Source: Blochmannia endosymbiont of Camponotus nipponensis (GTDB lineage Bacteria; Pseudomonadota; Gammaproteobacteria; Enterobacterales; Enterobacteriaceae). Taken from it: 32,000 nt of DNA. The stretch spans positions 180,001-212,000 of the forward strand of contig NZ_CP046534.1 of assembly GCF_009827135.1 (NCBI RefSeq), read 5' to 3'. The notes under the pieces are model-generated. The model searched no databases and was not told the DNA's origin. It worked only from the letters and a program-made list of their open reading frames with translations. Each line of letters opens with the position of its first letter. The stretch's first letter is position 1. Of this stretch, positions 21,388 to 32,000 are shown piece after piece. A program made the position numbers and the translations under genes.

Positions 21388-22022
21388 TAAATTAAACTAC
21401 TTAATATTCTCTTATATCGAATAAAGCAAAAAACATAATCATACATTATATACATTGCATAAAATATTTATATATCCATATCACTCATTTTCCTTGAAAA
21501 TTAAATAACACAAATCACTAACACATATAAATACATTTATTTTTGATTAATTTTTAGATCTAATCGATAAATATTGTTTCAGAATTATTTATTGTCACTG
21601 TTTAAAATAATATAAACCCAAATAAAATATAACAATCATACTATATTAGTAATACTTACTATTGCAGTATAATACTATTACAAATTGATTTATATAATCA
21701 ATTATCGAATTCTTTTTAAACCAGAAGGAAATAATTTATTACATAATATAGTCAGTACATATTAAACATAAACCACATTACCATGTATATATTTCAAATA
21801 CTGTAGATAATAAAACCTAACTGATAATGATAATTATATATGTTTATATAAATCAAATATTACTTGAATTCAAGAGCAGTTTTGAATTAGCACACCATTA
21901 TTATTCCATTACAATACAGAAGTTCATGTCATTTCTTTTCTTCATAAAAGAAAGATGCATTTACATGGTTTTACACACATTTATAAATGTACTTCATTAT
22001 ATACTAGCTGTAGACATAAATT

Positions 22023-23312
22023 TTATTTTTTGAATCTATGAAATACACCTTTCTCCCCTAAAATTTCTTCTATACGAATCAATTGATTATATTTAGCTAC
22101 ACGTTCAGAACAACGAACAGGTCCAGCTTTTATCTGACCGGCAGAAGTACCCACTGCTATATCAGCAATACTTGTATCTTCAGTTTCTCCAGAACGATGT
22201 GAAATAATTGTAGCATATCCTGCATTTTTAGCTACCTTAATCGTTTCTAATGTTTCAGTTAATGATCCTATTTGATTACATTTAATTAAAATAGAATTTG
22301 CAATATTTCTGTTAATACCCGTTTGTAACAAACTTGAATTCGTCACAAATAAATCATCTCCTACTAATTGAATTTTATTACCAAGAACTTTAGTTTGATA
22401 AGCAAAACCATCCCAATCGTATTCACTCTGTCCATCTTCAATAGAAACTATTGAATATTTTTGCGCTAAAGATGACAAATAATGAGTAAATTCTTTAGAA
22501 GTAAAAAATTTTTTTTCACTTTTAATATTATATTTAATAGTAGATATATCAAATAATTCAGATGCAGCACAATCTATTGCTAATACAACATTCTCCCCTA
22601 AGATATAATTAGATTGTTCTATAGACTCTTTTATTAATTCTAACGCAGTAACATGGGAATGAACATTAGGAGCATATCCACCTTCATCGCCCAATTGTGT
22701 AGACATTCCTTTACTCTTTAATATTGACCCTAAAGTATATGATATTTCAGATCCCATCCGAATAGATTCCTTTATTGTTTTCGCCCCAATCGGTATAATC
22801 ATAAACTCTTGAATATCTAAATTATTATCAGCGTGCTTACCACCATTAACAATATTCATCATAGGCAGTGGTATAACAAATGTATTATTCATTGATGTAT
22901 CATATAAATCAGCAATATGCTGATATAGTGGAATATTTTTAAATGCTGCAGCTACTTTTGCAACTGCTAAAGAAACACTCAAAATGGCATTAGCACCAAA
23001 TTTTGATTTATTATTGGTTCCATCTAAATCTATCATTATAGTATCAATGATACGTTGCTGTGTCACATCTATGCCTATTAATGCGTTACGAATAGGTCCA
23101 TTCACAGAATTTACCGCTTTTTCTACACCTTTTCCAAAAAAACGATTCTTATCACCATCCCGTAGCTCTAAAGCTTCTTGAGAACCAACAGATGCTCCAG
23201 ATGGTACGGATGCTAATCTAGCACCACCTTTAACATATACTTCAGCTTCCACTGTTGGATTACCACGAGAATCAATCACCTCACGTCCAATAATATTTAA
23301 AATCTTAGGCAT
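22023..23312 (-). CDS. eno: Enolase
   Basis: 429 aa, starting [25 protein letters not shown], with the enolase signature [19 protein letters not shown]. Confidence 0.98.
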   Translation of the reverse strand: MPKILNIIGREVIDSRGNPTVEAEVYVKGGARLASVPSGASVGSQEALELRDGDKNRFFGKGVEKAVNSVNGPIRNALIGIDVTQQRIIDTIMIDLDGTNNKSKFGANAILSVSLAVAKVAAAFKNIPLYQHIADLYDTSMNNTFVIPLPMMNIVNGGKHADNNLDIQEFMIIPIGAKTIKESIRMGSEISYTLGSILKSKGMSTQLGDEGGYAPNVHSHVTALELIKESIEQSNYILGENVVLAIDCAASELFDISTIKYNIKSEKKFFTSKEFTHYLSSLAQKYSIVSIEDGQSEYDWDGFAYQTKVLGNKIQLVGDDLFVTNSSLLQTGINRNIANSILIKCNQIGSLTETLETIKVAKNAGYATIISHRSGETEDTSIADIAVGTSAGQIKAGPVRCSERVAKYNQLIRIEEILGEKGVFHRFKK

Positions 23313-23391
23313 ATATATATCCTTTCTAACTAATTTATATCTTTAATTATAAACTAAACAAAATAGTATCATAAAAATCGAATCATAAACG

Positions 23392-25041
<1,650 letters not shown>

Positions 25042-25464
25042 TCAACCCAAACTATATATATATATTTAATTTTCATGACTTAAAAATCGCTATTAACCAT
25101 GTCGGATGATTTTAGTTTAAATATTAATTTTTACATGTTACCTTTGTGCTCAAAATAAATTTTCTAATTACTCCGGAACATTATTCACCATCCCATAATA
25201 ATTAACGACAAATAATTTAATACAAAGTATATATGTGCTATTACATGTTAAGTTATTTTAAAAATAAATAATAACATTTCTATTAAATACAATTGCAATG
25301 CGTTCTATCTATAACACTCAGAATCATTACTATATACAGTAATCATACCCATAACTTTTGATCCTGAAAAACATATAACTATAAAAAACACAATGTATAC
25401 CGATAAAATCATTCAAATAATATTTAATCACCCTAATTATAAACAAACATAACATGTTCACTTT

Positions 25465-25815
25465 TTATATACTAAAAGACGAACCGCAACTGCAAGTATT
25501 CTTAGCATTCGGATTAATGACTATAAATCGAGACCCTTCTAATCCTTCATAATAATCTACAATACCTCCAAATAAATATTGTAAACTCATAGGATCTATC
25601 ACTAAAATAGCACCATTATTTTCTATAATAGAATCATCATCAGAAATTTTATCATCCAAGGCAAATCCGTATTGAAAGCCACCACAACCCCCCCCTATAA
25701 TGTAAATACGCAGTTTTAAATTTGAATTCTTTATTGTTTTATTTTTAATGAAAAACCTTACTTTACTAGCTGCAAAATCAGTCAATTGGATAGGGAATTT
25801 TACATCATTATTCAT
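25465..25815 (-). CDS. erpA: Iron-sulfur cluster insertion protein ErpA (A-type carrier)
   Basis: From the ATG at 25815: [77 protein letters not shown]. It is colinear with E. coli ErpA, including the C-terminal Cys ligands. The 20-codon upstream extension in the track ORF (to 25875) has no counterpart. IscA or SufA paralogy is less likely given the ErpA-like N- and C-termini. Confidence 0.88.
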   Translation of the reverse strand: MNNDVKFPIQLTDFAASKVRFFIKNKTIKNSNLKLRIYIIGGGCGGFQYGFALDDKISDDDSIIENNGAILVIDPMSLQYLFGGIVDYYEGLEGSRFIVINPNAKNTCSCGSSFSI

Positions 25816-25992
25816 AATCACCAACCTTTTACATTGCAAAAAAATCCAATAATCAATCTTCCAGTAATTAAACAATCAATTGATAATTTTACACGTTTAA
25901 TTTATTAAAAAATTGATTAACTATTAAAATTTTCACAAACAAAATATATACTTGCAAATAATATTATTTATATATTGCAAATATATATTTAT

Positions 25993-28326
25993 TTATTCCT
26001 TTATATTATAAATATCTTGTAACTTTATAGTATTGACCAATTGCTGATTGTACGAAATTATCTTTGATTGTTTAAATGACTGTAATAATAATTGCCAGTC
26101 ATTTACCCATACCGGCAATACCTGACAACAAATATTTTTATTATCATATAATGTAAAATTACCATAATTATCTAAAGGAATACACTGAATATCAGCAGGT
26201 GGTGTTAAGCGCAAAGGAGTAGGTTTTTTATGATCCAAATAAAGATTATACAGAGTTAATGCGCCACTAGTGCCTGTTAATTGAGTTCTTCCATTATTGT
26301 CACGTCCCAACCAAATTACAGTTACCTCTGTACCATCAATGCCAACAAACCAGCTATCACGAAGATCATTAGTAGTGCCAGTTTTAGCGGCCAACTGAGA
26401 ATAAGGAAATTTTACAGATAAAATATAAGAAGTTCCTCGTACTACTACTTGTTGCATCGCATATAACATTAAATAAGCTGCTTGAGGAACAATAACACGC
26501 TCTATCTTAGAAAAATGTTGATATAACACTACATCTTCTTCGTTCATAACATAGTCAACAGATGATAAAGCAGAATATTGGCCGCCACTAGCAATAGTTT
26601 GAAATTCTTGAGCCACTTCTATAGGGGTTAAACTAATAGATCCTAAAAGGATCGATGGAAATAAAGAAATACAATTAGGCGAAATACCCAATTTTACTAA
26701 AATATCAGAAACAATTTCTAACCCTATTGTCATTCCCAAGTGAATAGTAGGTACATTGAGAGATTTAATAAACGCATCAACCAATGTAACTTTTCCTCTA
26801 AACTTTCGATCATAATTTTTAGGAGACCAAATCACTCCATTAGGCTGTCTCAAATCAATCGGTTCATCAGCGATCCATGTATTCAAGTGATACTTATTAG
26901 GATCACTTAAAGCTGCTAAATAAGTTGCTAGTTTTGCTAATGAACCAATAGCACGACGCGCATACATGGCACGATTAAATCCATAAAAATGAGGATCAGA
27001 TCCACCTACCATAGCCCGTACTTTTCCGCTAAATCGATCTACTACAACTATAGCTCCTTCCAAATCTTTTAAATTATAATAATGCCTTAGTTTATGGATA
27101 CCTACTACCATTGCTTTTTCTGCTGCCTTTTGAGAAATGGGATCTAACGTAGTAAATATTTTTATTCCAGAAAAATCATGAATTTGATTAACATTTTGTA
27201 TTTCTTCATTGACCATTTGTATGAAAGAGGGCTGTAAAATCAATACCTTATCTTTTAACTGAGTTCCTAAAGGACGCGCACTAAGAATAACACATATTTT
27301 TTTTTTAATAATATTTCTATGTTCCAATAATTTAAGTATTAGATTTCGGCGCTCCAAAGTTATTTGTGGATTTTTCCAAGGATTATATAAAGACGCGCCT
27401 TTTATCATCCCCACTAACATTGCTTGTTGATCTATGCTTAATTCATTTACTGGTCGCCCAAAATAATAAAAACTAGCTAAAGGAAATCCACGAATCTGAT
27501 CATTTCCATTTTGACCAAAATATATCTCATTTAAATATAACTCAAGAATACGATCTTTACTACATCGATGATCAAAAATTAAAGCCATGTAGGCTTCATT
27601 AAATTTACGCCAAAAAGATTGCTTATTGTTCAAAAATAAATTTTTTACTAATTGTTGTGTTAAAGTGCTTCCACCTTGTACAGTGCGACCAGAAACAATA
27701 TTAGCTAAAAAAGCACGACCGATAGAAGATATCTTAATTCCATCATGCCGATAAAAATGACGATCTTCAACAGCTAATAACATATCTATCAGTATATCTG
27801 GAAAACCAGATCTTGGTATAAATAACCTTTGTTGTCCATTAGGAGCACACAGAATAGATATAATCTTGGGGTCCAAACGAAATAATCCAAAATCATTCTT
27901 TGTATCTTGGTTATAAATGCGGAGTAATTTTTCTTGATTAAAAAAAAAGGTTACATGCATTTCTCCTTCTTCTCCGCTTGGAAAATTAAAAGCCCTACGC
28001 AATAACTCAATATTATTATCATGCACAACAAATTCTCCTGAATGAGTAATTTTGTCTACTTGACGATACCGTAGCACTTCTAATAAATGAATCATGTCGT
28101 TCTTATTATACAATATATTAGGTTCTACATCAATCATACGACTATAAATAATAGTCGGTAATTTCCAAACTTTTCCATTAATACGGTTTTGAATCTTCTT
28201 ATCTAAAAACACTCCATATGCTGCCATTAAAATTATAATAAACGAAAACACACATATTGCGATACACAAAAAATGTAGAGTGTGCCACACAATAACAGAA
28301 CGATAATTATATGGTAATTGACTCAT
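25993..28326 (-). CDS. mrcB: Bifunctional class A penicillin-binding protein 1B (glycosyltransferase / transpeptidase)
   Basis: 777 aa with an N-terminal TM helix. GT51 motifs [20 protein letters not shown] and RKFNEAY. Transpeptidase motifs SLAK (SxxK), SLN (SxN) and KTGTT. The UB2H-like stretch between the TM helix and the GT domain favours PBP1b over PBP1a. Confidence 0.92.
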   Translation of the reverse strand: MSQLPYNYRSVIVWHTLHFLCIAICVFSFIIILMAAYGVFLDKKIQNRINGKVWKLPTIIYSRMIDVEPNILYNKNDMIHLLEVLRYRQVDKITHSGEFVVHDNNIELLRRAFNFPSGEEGEMHVTFFFNQEKLLRIYNQDTKNDFGLFRLDPKIISILCAPNGQQRLFIPRSGFPDILIDMLLAVEDRHFYRHDGIKISSIGRAFLANIVSGRTVQGGSTLTQQLVKNLFLNNKQSFWRKFNEAYMALIFDHRCSKDRILELYLNEIYFGQNGNDQIRGFPLASFYYFGRPVNELSIDQQAMLVGMIKGASLYNPWKNPQITLERRNLILKLLEHRNIIKKKICVILSARPLGTQLKDKVLILQPSFIQMVNEEIQNVNQIHDFSGIKIFTTLDPISQKAAEKAMVVGIHKLRHYYNLKDLEGAIVVVDRFSGKVRAMVGGSDPHFYGFNRAMYARRAIGSLAKLATYLAALSDPNKYHLNTWIADEPIDLRQPNGVIWSPKNYDRKFRGKVTLVDAFIKSLNVPTIHLGMTIGLEIVSDILVKLGISPNCISLFPSILLGSISLTPIEVAQEFQTIASGGQYSALSSVDYVMNEEDVVLYQHFSKIERVIVPQAAYLMLYAMQQVVVRGTSYILSVKFPYSQLAAKTGTTNDLRDSWFVGIDGTEVTVIWLGRDNNGRTQLTGTSGALTLYNLYLDHKKPTPLRLTPPADIQCIPLDNYGNFTLYDNKNICCQVLPVWVNDWQLLLQSFKQSKIISYNQQLVNTIKLQDIYNIKE

Positions 28327-29588
28327 AAAATTATGCTTATATATATAATACTATTTTCAGATAGGTTATTACACCTATGTATCAATTTTAATGATCTTTT
28401 TCGCTACATATAATAATATGTTATGTGATACTCATATCAATTTACAACAATCTACACCTACTATTAAATAATAGGAATTATATTTTTTATTTCAAATACA
28501 TGAAGTATCATGCTTTGTTTTTCTAATTAATCAACATAAATAAGTATGTAAAATTTGATTTGCGCATGAAGATCAAATCACATTTTATAATAACTCATAC
28601 TCTAATAAATTAAGTGAAATAACATTATTAAACACATAAAAATTTTTATATATATATTTCATGTCTTAATCAAGATAAGTATTGTTCACACACAATTACA
28701 ATCTACTAAGAAATAACAATGTTTTATATTTAAATTACTATAAATAGCATACATCCTTGTAAAATATAAATTATTTTTATTCAATCATTCAAAATATAAT
28801 TTCAAATTATTTCTATATTTTAATATAATTATCAATTACAATTTTATAATTTTTTAAACATAAATATGATCTAAGAATATTACGTATCTTTAACAACATT
28901 TTATTAACAAATCATACAATCTTTTCATAATATTTATGATGTTTTTATGAAGAAAACTGCATGACACATACACAAACACATCAAAATAGCTATAATATAC
29001 ATGTTAAGAACATAGTTATATGTTCTTTGAACTATTAAAATATAGAATATAATGTTTTTATGCTTGATTTACTTAAATAATATTTTTTAAAGTCTACAAA
29101 ACATCATTAATAGCCAGTAATAATTTATGCGTATATATATAACATGTCTCCTTCGAAAAAATTTAATTTTTTTGTATTATAATGATATTAATTTATGAAA
29201 ATAATTAAAATATTACATCACACACAGAATATATGATATATCAATATTAATAATCAAATAATTATAATATCTGAAATTATCAATTCTTATAATTATAACT
29301 TAATAAACATATTATATATTATTTTTCATTCTGCCTCATACTATAACATAAACAATCTTATCAGATTAATTTGTTATAAATATAATAAATCCGTGATACC
29401 ACAATTACATATTTCCATAAAAACTAAAAATGATTTTAGTCTATAAAATTTATATGCATATAATATTTTCAATATTACAAGGTAGACCAAAACATTCATA
29501 ATCATTTTTTAATATATCTGAATGCATGAATGTAGTTTACGTCTATACTGACGCTGAAATTATAACTAATCTAACATTAAATAAAAAT

Positions 29589-29604
29589 TATATATATATA
29601 TATA
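29589..29604. repeat. (TA)8 dinucleotide microsatellite
   Basis: Read directly: ttatatatatatatatatac, inside the large spacer. Confidence 0.7.
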
Positions 29605-30390
29605 CAATACTTAATGTTTATATAGTATAATATCGCGATTTATCACACATTCATAAATATAAGATAAATAACATTATATTATCATAGTATCTTTATTGTT
29701 GCTACCGAGATACTACGAACATTTTGTACAATAAAATGCATATAATAAATCTACAGCATCACTTAATATTATCGGTTATTGAAGCTTTAAATATTACATC
29801 AGTTTTATTTGTCATCTTTATATATATAATAAAAAATCAATTCCATATATCAATAATATTACTATTAAAAAATTAATAAGATAAAAACTAACATATACTT
29901 TTATATATCATGATTAAAAAATATAAAATATAATTAAAATTTTATAATGATATTATGTTATAAGACTGTCTGATAAAAACAGAATTATTAATGTTGTATG
30001 TAAGTACACATCAAAAATAAAGTATTAAATATAGACCATTAATCTTTTGCATGTTTGACTATAACTATTTAAATACATGATATCTTATGAAAAGAATACA
30101 CAAAAAATTAATAAATAATATTTTTAAACATTGTATTTTACATATTCACTTTCGTTATTAATCTCTCTTAAAGAGAAGATCACAGGATCATCATAACAAC
30201 GTTATATATTTATTAAATTATTGCATTTCTTTGTAGCAAAATTTTGTTTAATTTCTAAAACAGTAAAACCAATATATTTATACAAACATTTTATTCCTTA
30301 CAAATACAAACTCACATAAACATTTTATACGATAAAGAAGAATAAACACTTACAAAAATTAACATACATCAGTACATACTCAAATAAATT

Positions 30391-30396
30391 AAGGAA
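30391..30396 (+). promoter_or_regulatory. Shine-Dalgarno sequence of aceE (AAGGAA)
   Basis: aAAGGAAacactacaATG, with 8-nt spacing to the aceE start codon. Confidence 0.55.
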
Positions 30397-30404
30397 ACAC
30401 TACA

Positions 30405-32000
30405 ATGTTAGAACGTACATCTAATGATGTAGATCCAATAGAAACACAAGATTGGATACAGTCTATTTCTTCAGTTATTCAAAGAGAAGGTATCGCACGC
30501 GCTCAATTTTTAATCAATCAAATCATACATGAAGCTCGCAATAATGGTGTTAGGATTGTTAACGACGAAACAATACATGATTATATCAACACAATTCCAG
30601 TGAAAGACGAACCAGAATATCCCGGAGATTTAGAAATAGAACAACGCATATGCTCTGTTGTACGTTGGAATGCCATTATGATGGTATTGCATGCATCAAA
30701 GAAAAACTTAGACCTAGGGGGGCATATCGCTTCCTTCCAATCTTCAGCTACATTATATGAAGTGTGTTTTAATCATTTCTTTCGCGGCCGCAATCAACAT
30801 GATGGAGGTGATTTAGTATATTTTCAGGGTCATATTGCACCTGGCATATATTCTCGCGCTTTTCTAGAAGGACGATTAAATGAAAAACAAATAAATAATT
30901 TTCGTCAAGAAGTAAAAAATCTAGGACTATCTTCATATCCTCATCCAAAATTAATGCCAGAATTTTGGCAATTTCCTACAGTTTCTATGGGCCTTGCTTC
31001 AATCAGCGCAATTTATCAAGCAAAATTTCTAAAATACCTAAACAACAGAAATTTAAAAGATACTACTTTACAAACAGTATATGCTTTTTTGGGAGATGGT
31101 GAAATGGATGAGCCCGAATCTAAAGGAGCACTTAATATTGCTTCCAGAGAAAAATTAAATAATTTAATTTTTATTATTAATTGCAATTTACAACGATTAG
31201 ATGGACCAGTAGTAGGAAATGGCAAAATTATTAATGACTTAGAAAATATATTTAAAGGATCAGGATGGGAAGTGATTAAAGTTATTTGGGGTAGTAAATG
31301 GGATTCCTTGCTACATAAAGATACTAGCGGAAAATTAATTCAACTTATGAACGAAACTGTTGATGGAGACTATCAAACATTTAAATCTAAAGATGGAGCT
31401 TATATACGTAAACACTTTTTTAACAAATATCCAGAAACTAGCACACTAGTAGATGATATGAGCGATTCCGAAATTTGGGCGTTAGATCGCGGGGGACATG
31501 ATCCAAAAAAAATATTTGCTGCTTTAAAAAAAGCTAAAAACAATTCCGAGAAACCTGTTGTAATATTAGCACATACTGTTAAAGGTTATGGAATGGGCTC
31601 TAGTGCAGAAGGAATGAATATTGCACACCAGATAAAAAAAATTAATATACAAGGTATACGTTATTTTAGGGATAGATTTAACCTAAATCTCGTTAAAGAC
31701 GATCAAATTGAATCTTTACCTTATTTGACATTTGCAGAAGATTCTAAAGAATATACATATCTACATGAACGACGCAAAACATTATTTGGATATATCCCAA
31801 GCAGATTACAACATTCCACCGATTCACTAGAACTACCAACATTAGAACATTTCCATCCCTTACTAATACAACAAAATAAAGATATCTCTACTACTCTTGC
31901 ATTTATACGAGTATTGAATATACTATTGAAATGTACACCAATTAAAAACAGATTAGTACCCATAATTGCTGATGAAGCCAGAACCTTTGGGATGGAAGGA
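30405..32000 (+). CDS. aceE: Pyruvate dehydrogenase E1 component (N-terminal 532 codons; continues beyond the window)
   Basis: The frame is open from the ATG at about 30405 to the window end. MLERTSNDVDPIETQDWIQSISSVIQREG.ARAQFLI aligns with E. coli AceE MSERFPNDVDPIETRDWLQAIESVIREEG. The ThDP motif is GDGEMDEPES..NCNLQRLDGPV. The last residues PIIADEARTFGMEG match AceE. Confidence 0.97.
   Translation, partial: MLERTSNDVDPIETQDWIQSISSVIQREGIARAQFLINQIIHEARNNGVRIVNDETIHDYINTIPVKDEPEYPGDLEIEQRICSVVRWNAIMMVLHASKKNLDLGGHIASFQSSATLYEVCFNHFFRGRNQHDGGDLVYFQGHIAPGIYSRAFLEGRLNEKQINNFRQEVKNLGLSSYPHPKLMPEFWQFPTVSMGLASISAIYQAKFLKYLNNRNLKDTTLQTVYAFLGDGEMDEPESKGALNIASREKLNNLIFIINCNLQRLDGPVVGNGKIINDLENIFKGSGWEVIKVIWGSKWDSLLHKDTSGKLIQLMNETVDGDYQTFKSKDGAYIRKHFFNKYPETSTLVDDMSDSEIWALDRGGHDPKKIFAALKKAKNNSEKPVVILAHTVKGYGMGSSAEGMNIAHQIKKINIQGIRYFRDRFNLNLVKDDQIESLPYLTFAEDSKEYTYLHERRKTLFGYIPSRLQHSTDSLELPTLEHFHPLLIQQNKDISTTLAFIRVLNILLKCTPIKNRLVPIIADEARTFGMEG

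Larger units (their letters stand above)
28327..30404. other. About 2.08-kb ORF-free, extremely AT-rich spacer between divergently oriented mrcB and aceE
   Basis: The supplied track shows no ORF in any frame here. My hand count of 14 sequence lines gives about 20 percent G+C, against roughly 30-38 percent in neighbouring coding lines. I recognised no tRNA-like or rRNA-like GC-rich island. Confidence 0.8.

Noticed and set aside
11448-23181. Track ORFs 11448-11687 (+), 11893-12102 (+), 15319-15507 (+), 16578-16868 (+), 18147-18362 (+), 18479-18703 (+) and 22984-23181 (+).
   Set aside because: All are antisense to, or largely overlap, ispD, ftsB, cysG, cysI or eno. They are short and have no family resemblance.
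28327-30404. Possible replication origin: a very AT-rich 2-kb tract with genes diverging from it on both sides.
   Set aside because: My hand counts show plus-strand C over G excess at both the left and right ends of the spacer, so there is no skew sign change. I saw no cluster of DnaA-box consensus TTATCCACA, only one loose near-match (ttatcacaca at about 29640-29649). GATC sites are few and not clustered. No origin-linked genes (mnmG/gidA, mioC, dnaA, dnaN) flank it. A whole-chromosome skew calculation is still needed to be certain.
31016-31963. Track ORFs 31016-31225 (-) and 31721-31963 (-).
   Set aside because: They are antisense to the aceE reading frame, which aligns with E. coli AceE right up to the window edge.

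Overview
This window looks like a very AT-rich, gene-dense, strongly reduced gammaproteobacterial (Enterobacterales-derived) genome. The style matches an insect endosymbiont (Blochmannia- or Buchnera-like), but that is inference and I cannot confirm it without a search. I can support 24 protein-coding genes and 2 tRNAs. Everything from base 1 to 28326 is on the minus strand: aroF-like DAHP synthase (partial), rplS-trmD-rimM-rpsP, ffh, tRNA-Arg, tRNA-Ser, csrA, alaS, nlpD, ispF-ispD-ftsB, a contiguous sulfate-assimilation block (cysC-cysN-cysD-cysG-cysH-cysI-cysJ), eno-pyrG, erpA and mrcB. Only aceE (partial, at the right edge) is on the plus strand. All products are conserved housekeeping or biosynthetic proteins with recognisable catalytic motifs. 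I see no mobile elements, CRISPR array, toxin-antitoxin pair, defence or secretion genes, or orphan gene cluster. I therefore do not find evidence for a novel multi-gene system. What the genes do not explain is a set of ORF-free spacers with roughly 80 percent or more A+T by my hand counts. They sit exactly where E. coli gene order is interrupted. The largest is about 2.08 kb, between divergent mrcB and aceE. The others are 0.4-0.8 kb: alaS/nlpD, nlpD/ispF, cysJ/eno and pyrG/erpA. Smaller observations are tRNA genes without encoded CCA, non-ATG starts, tight translational coupling, a few perfect hairpins or palindromes, and one unusually long stop-free ORF in a spacer. Coordinates taken from the ORF track are exact. 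Coordinates I indexed by hand (tRNAs, hairpins, RBS, aroF and aceE starts) may be off by 1-2 nt.
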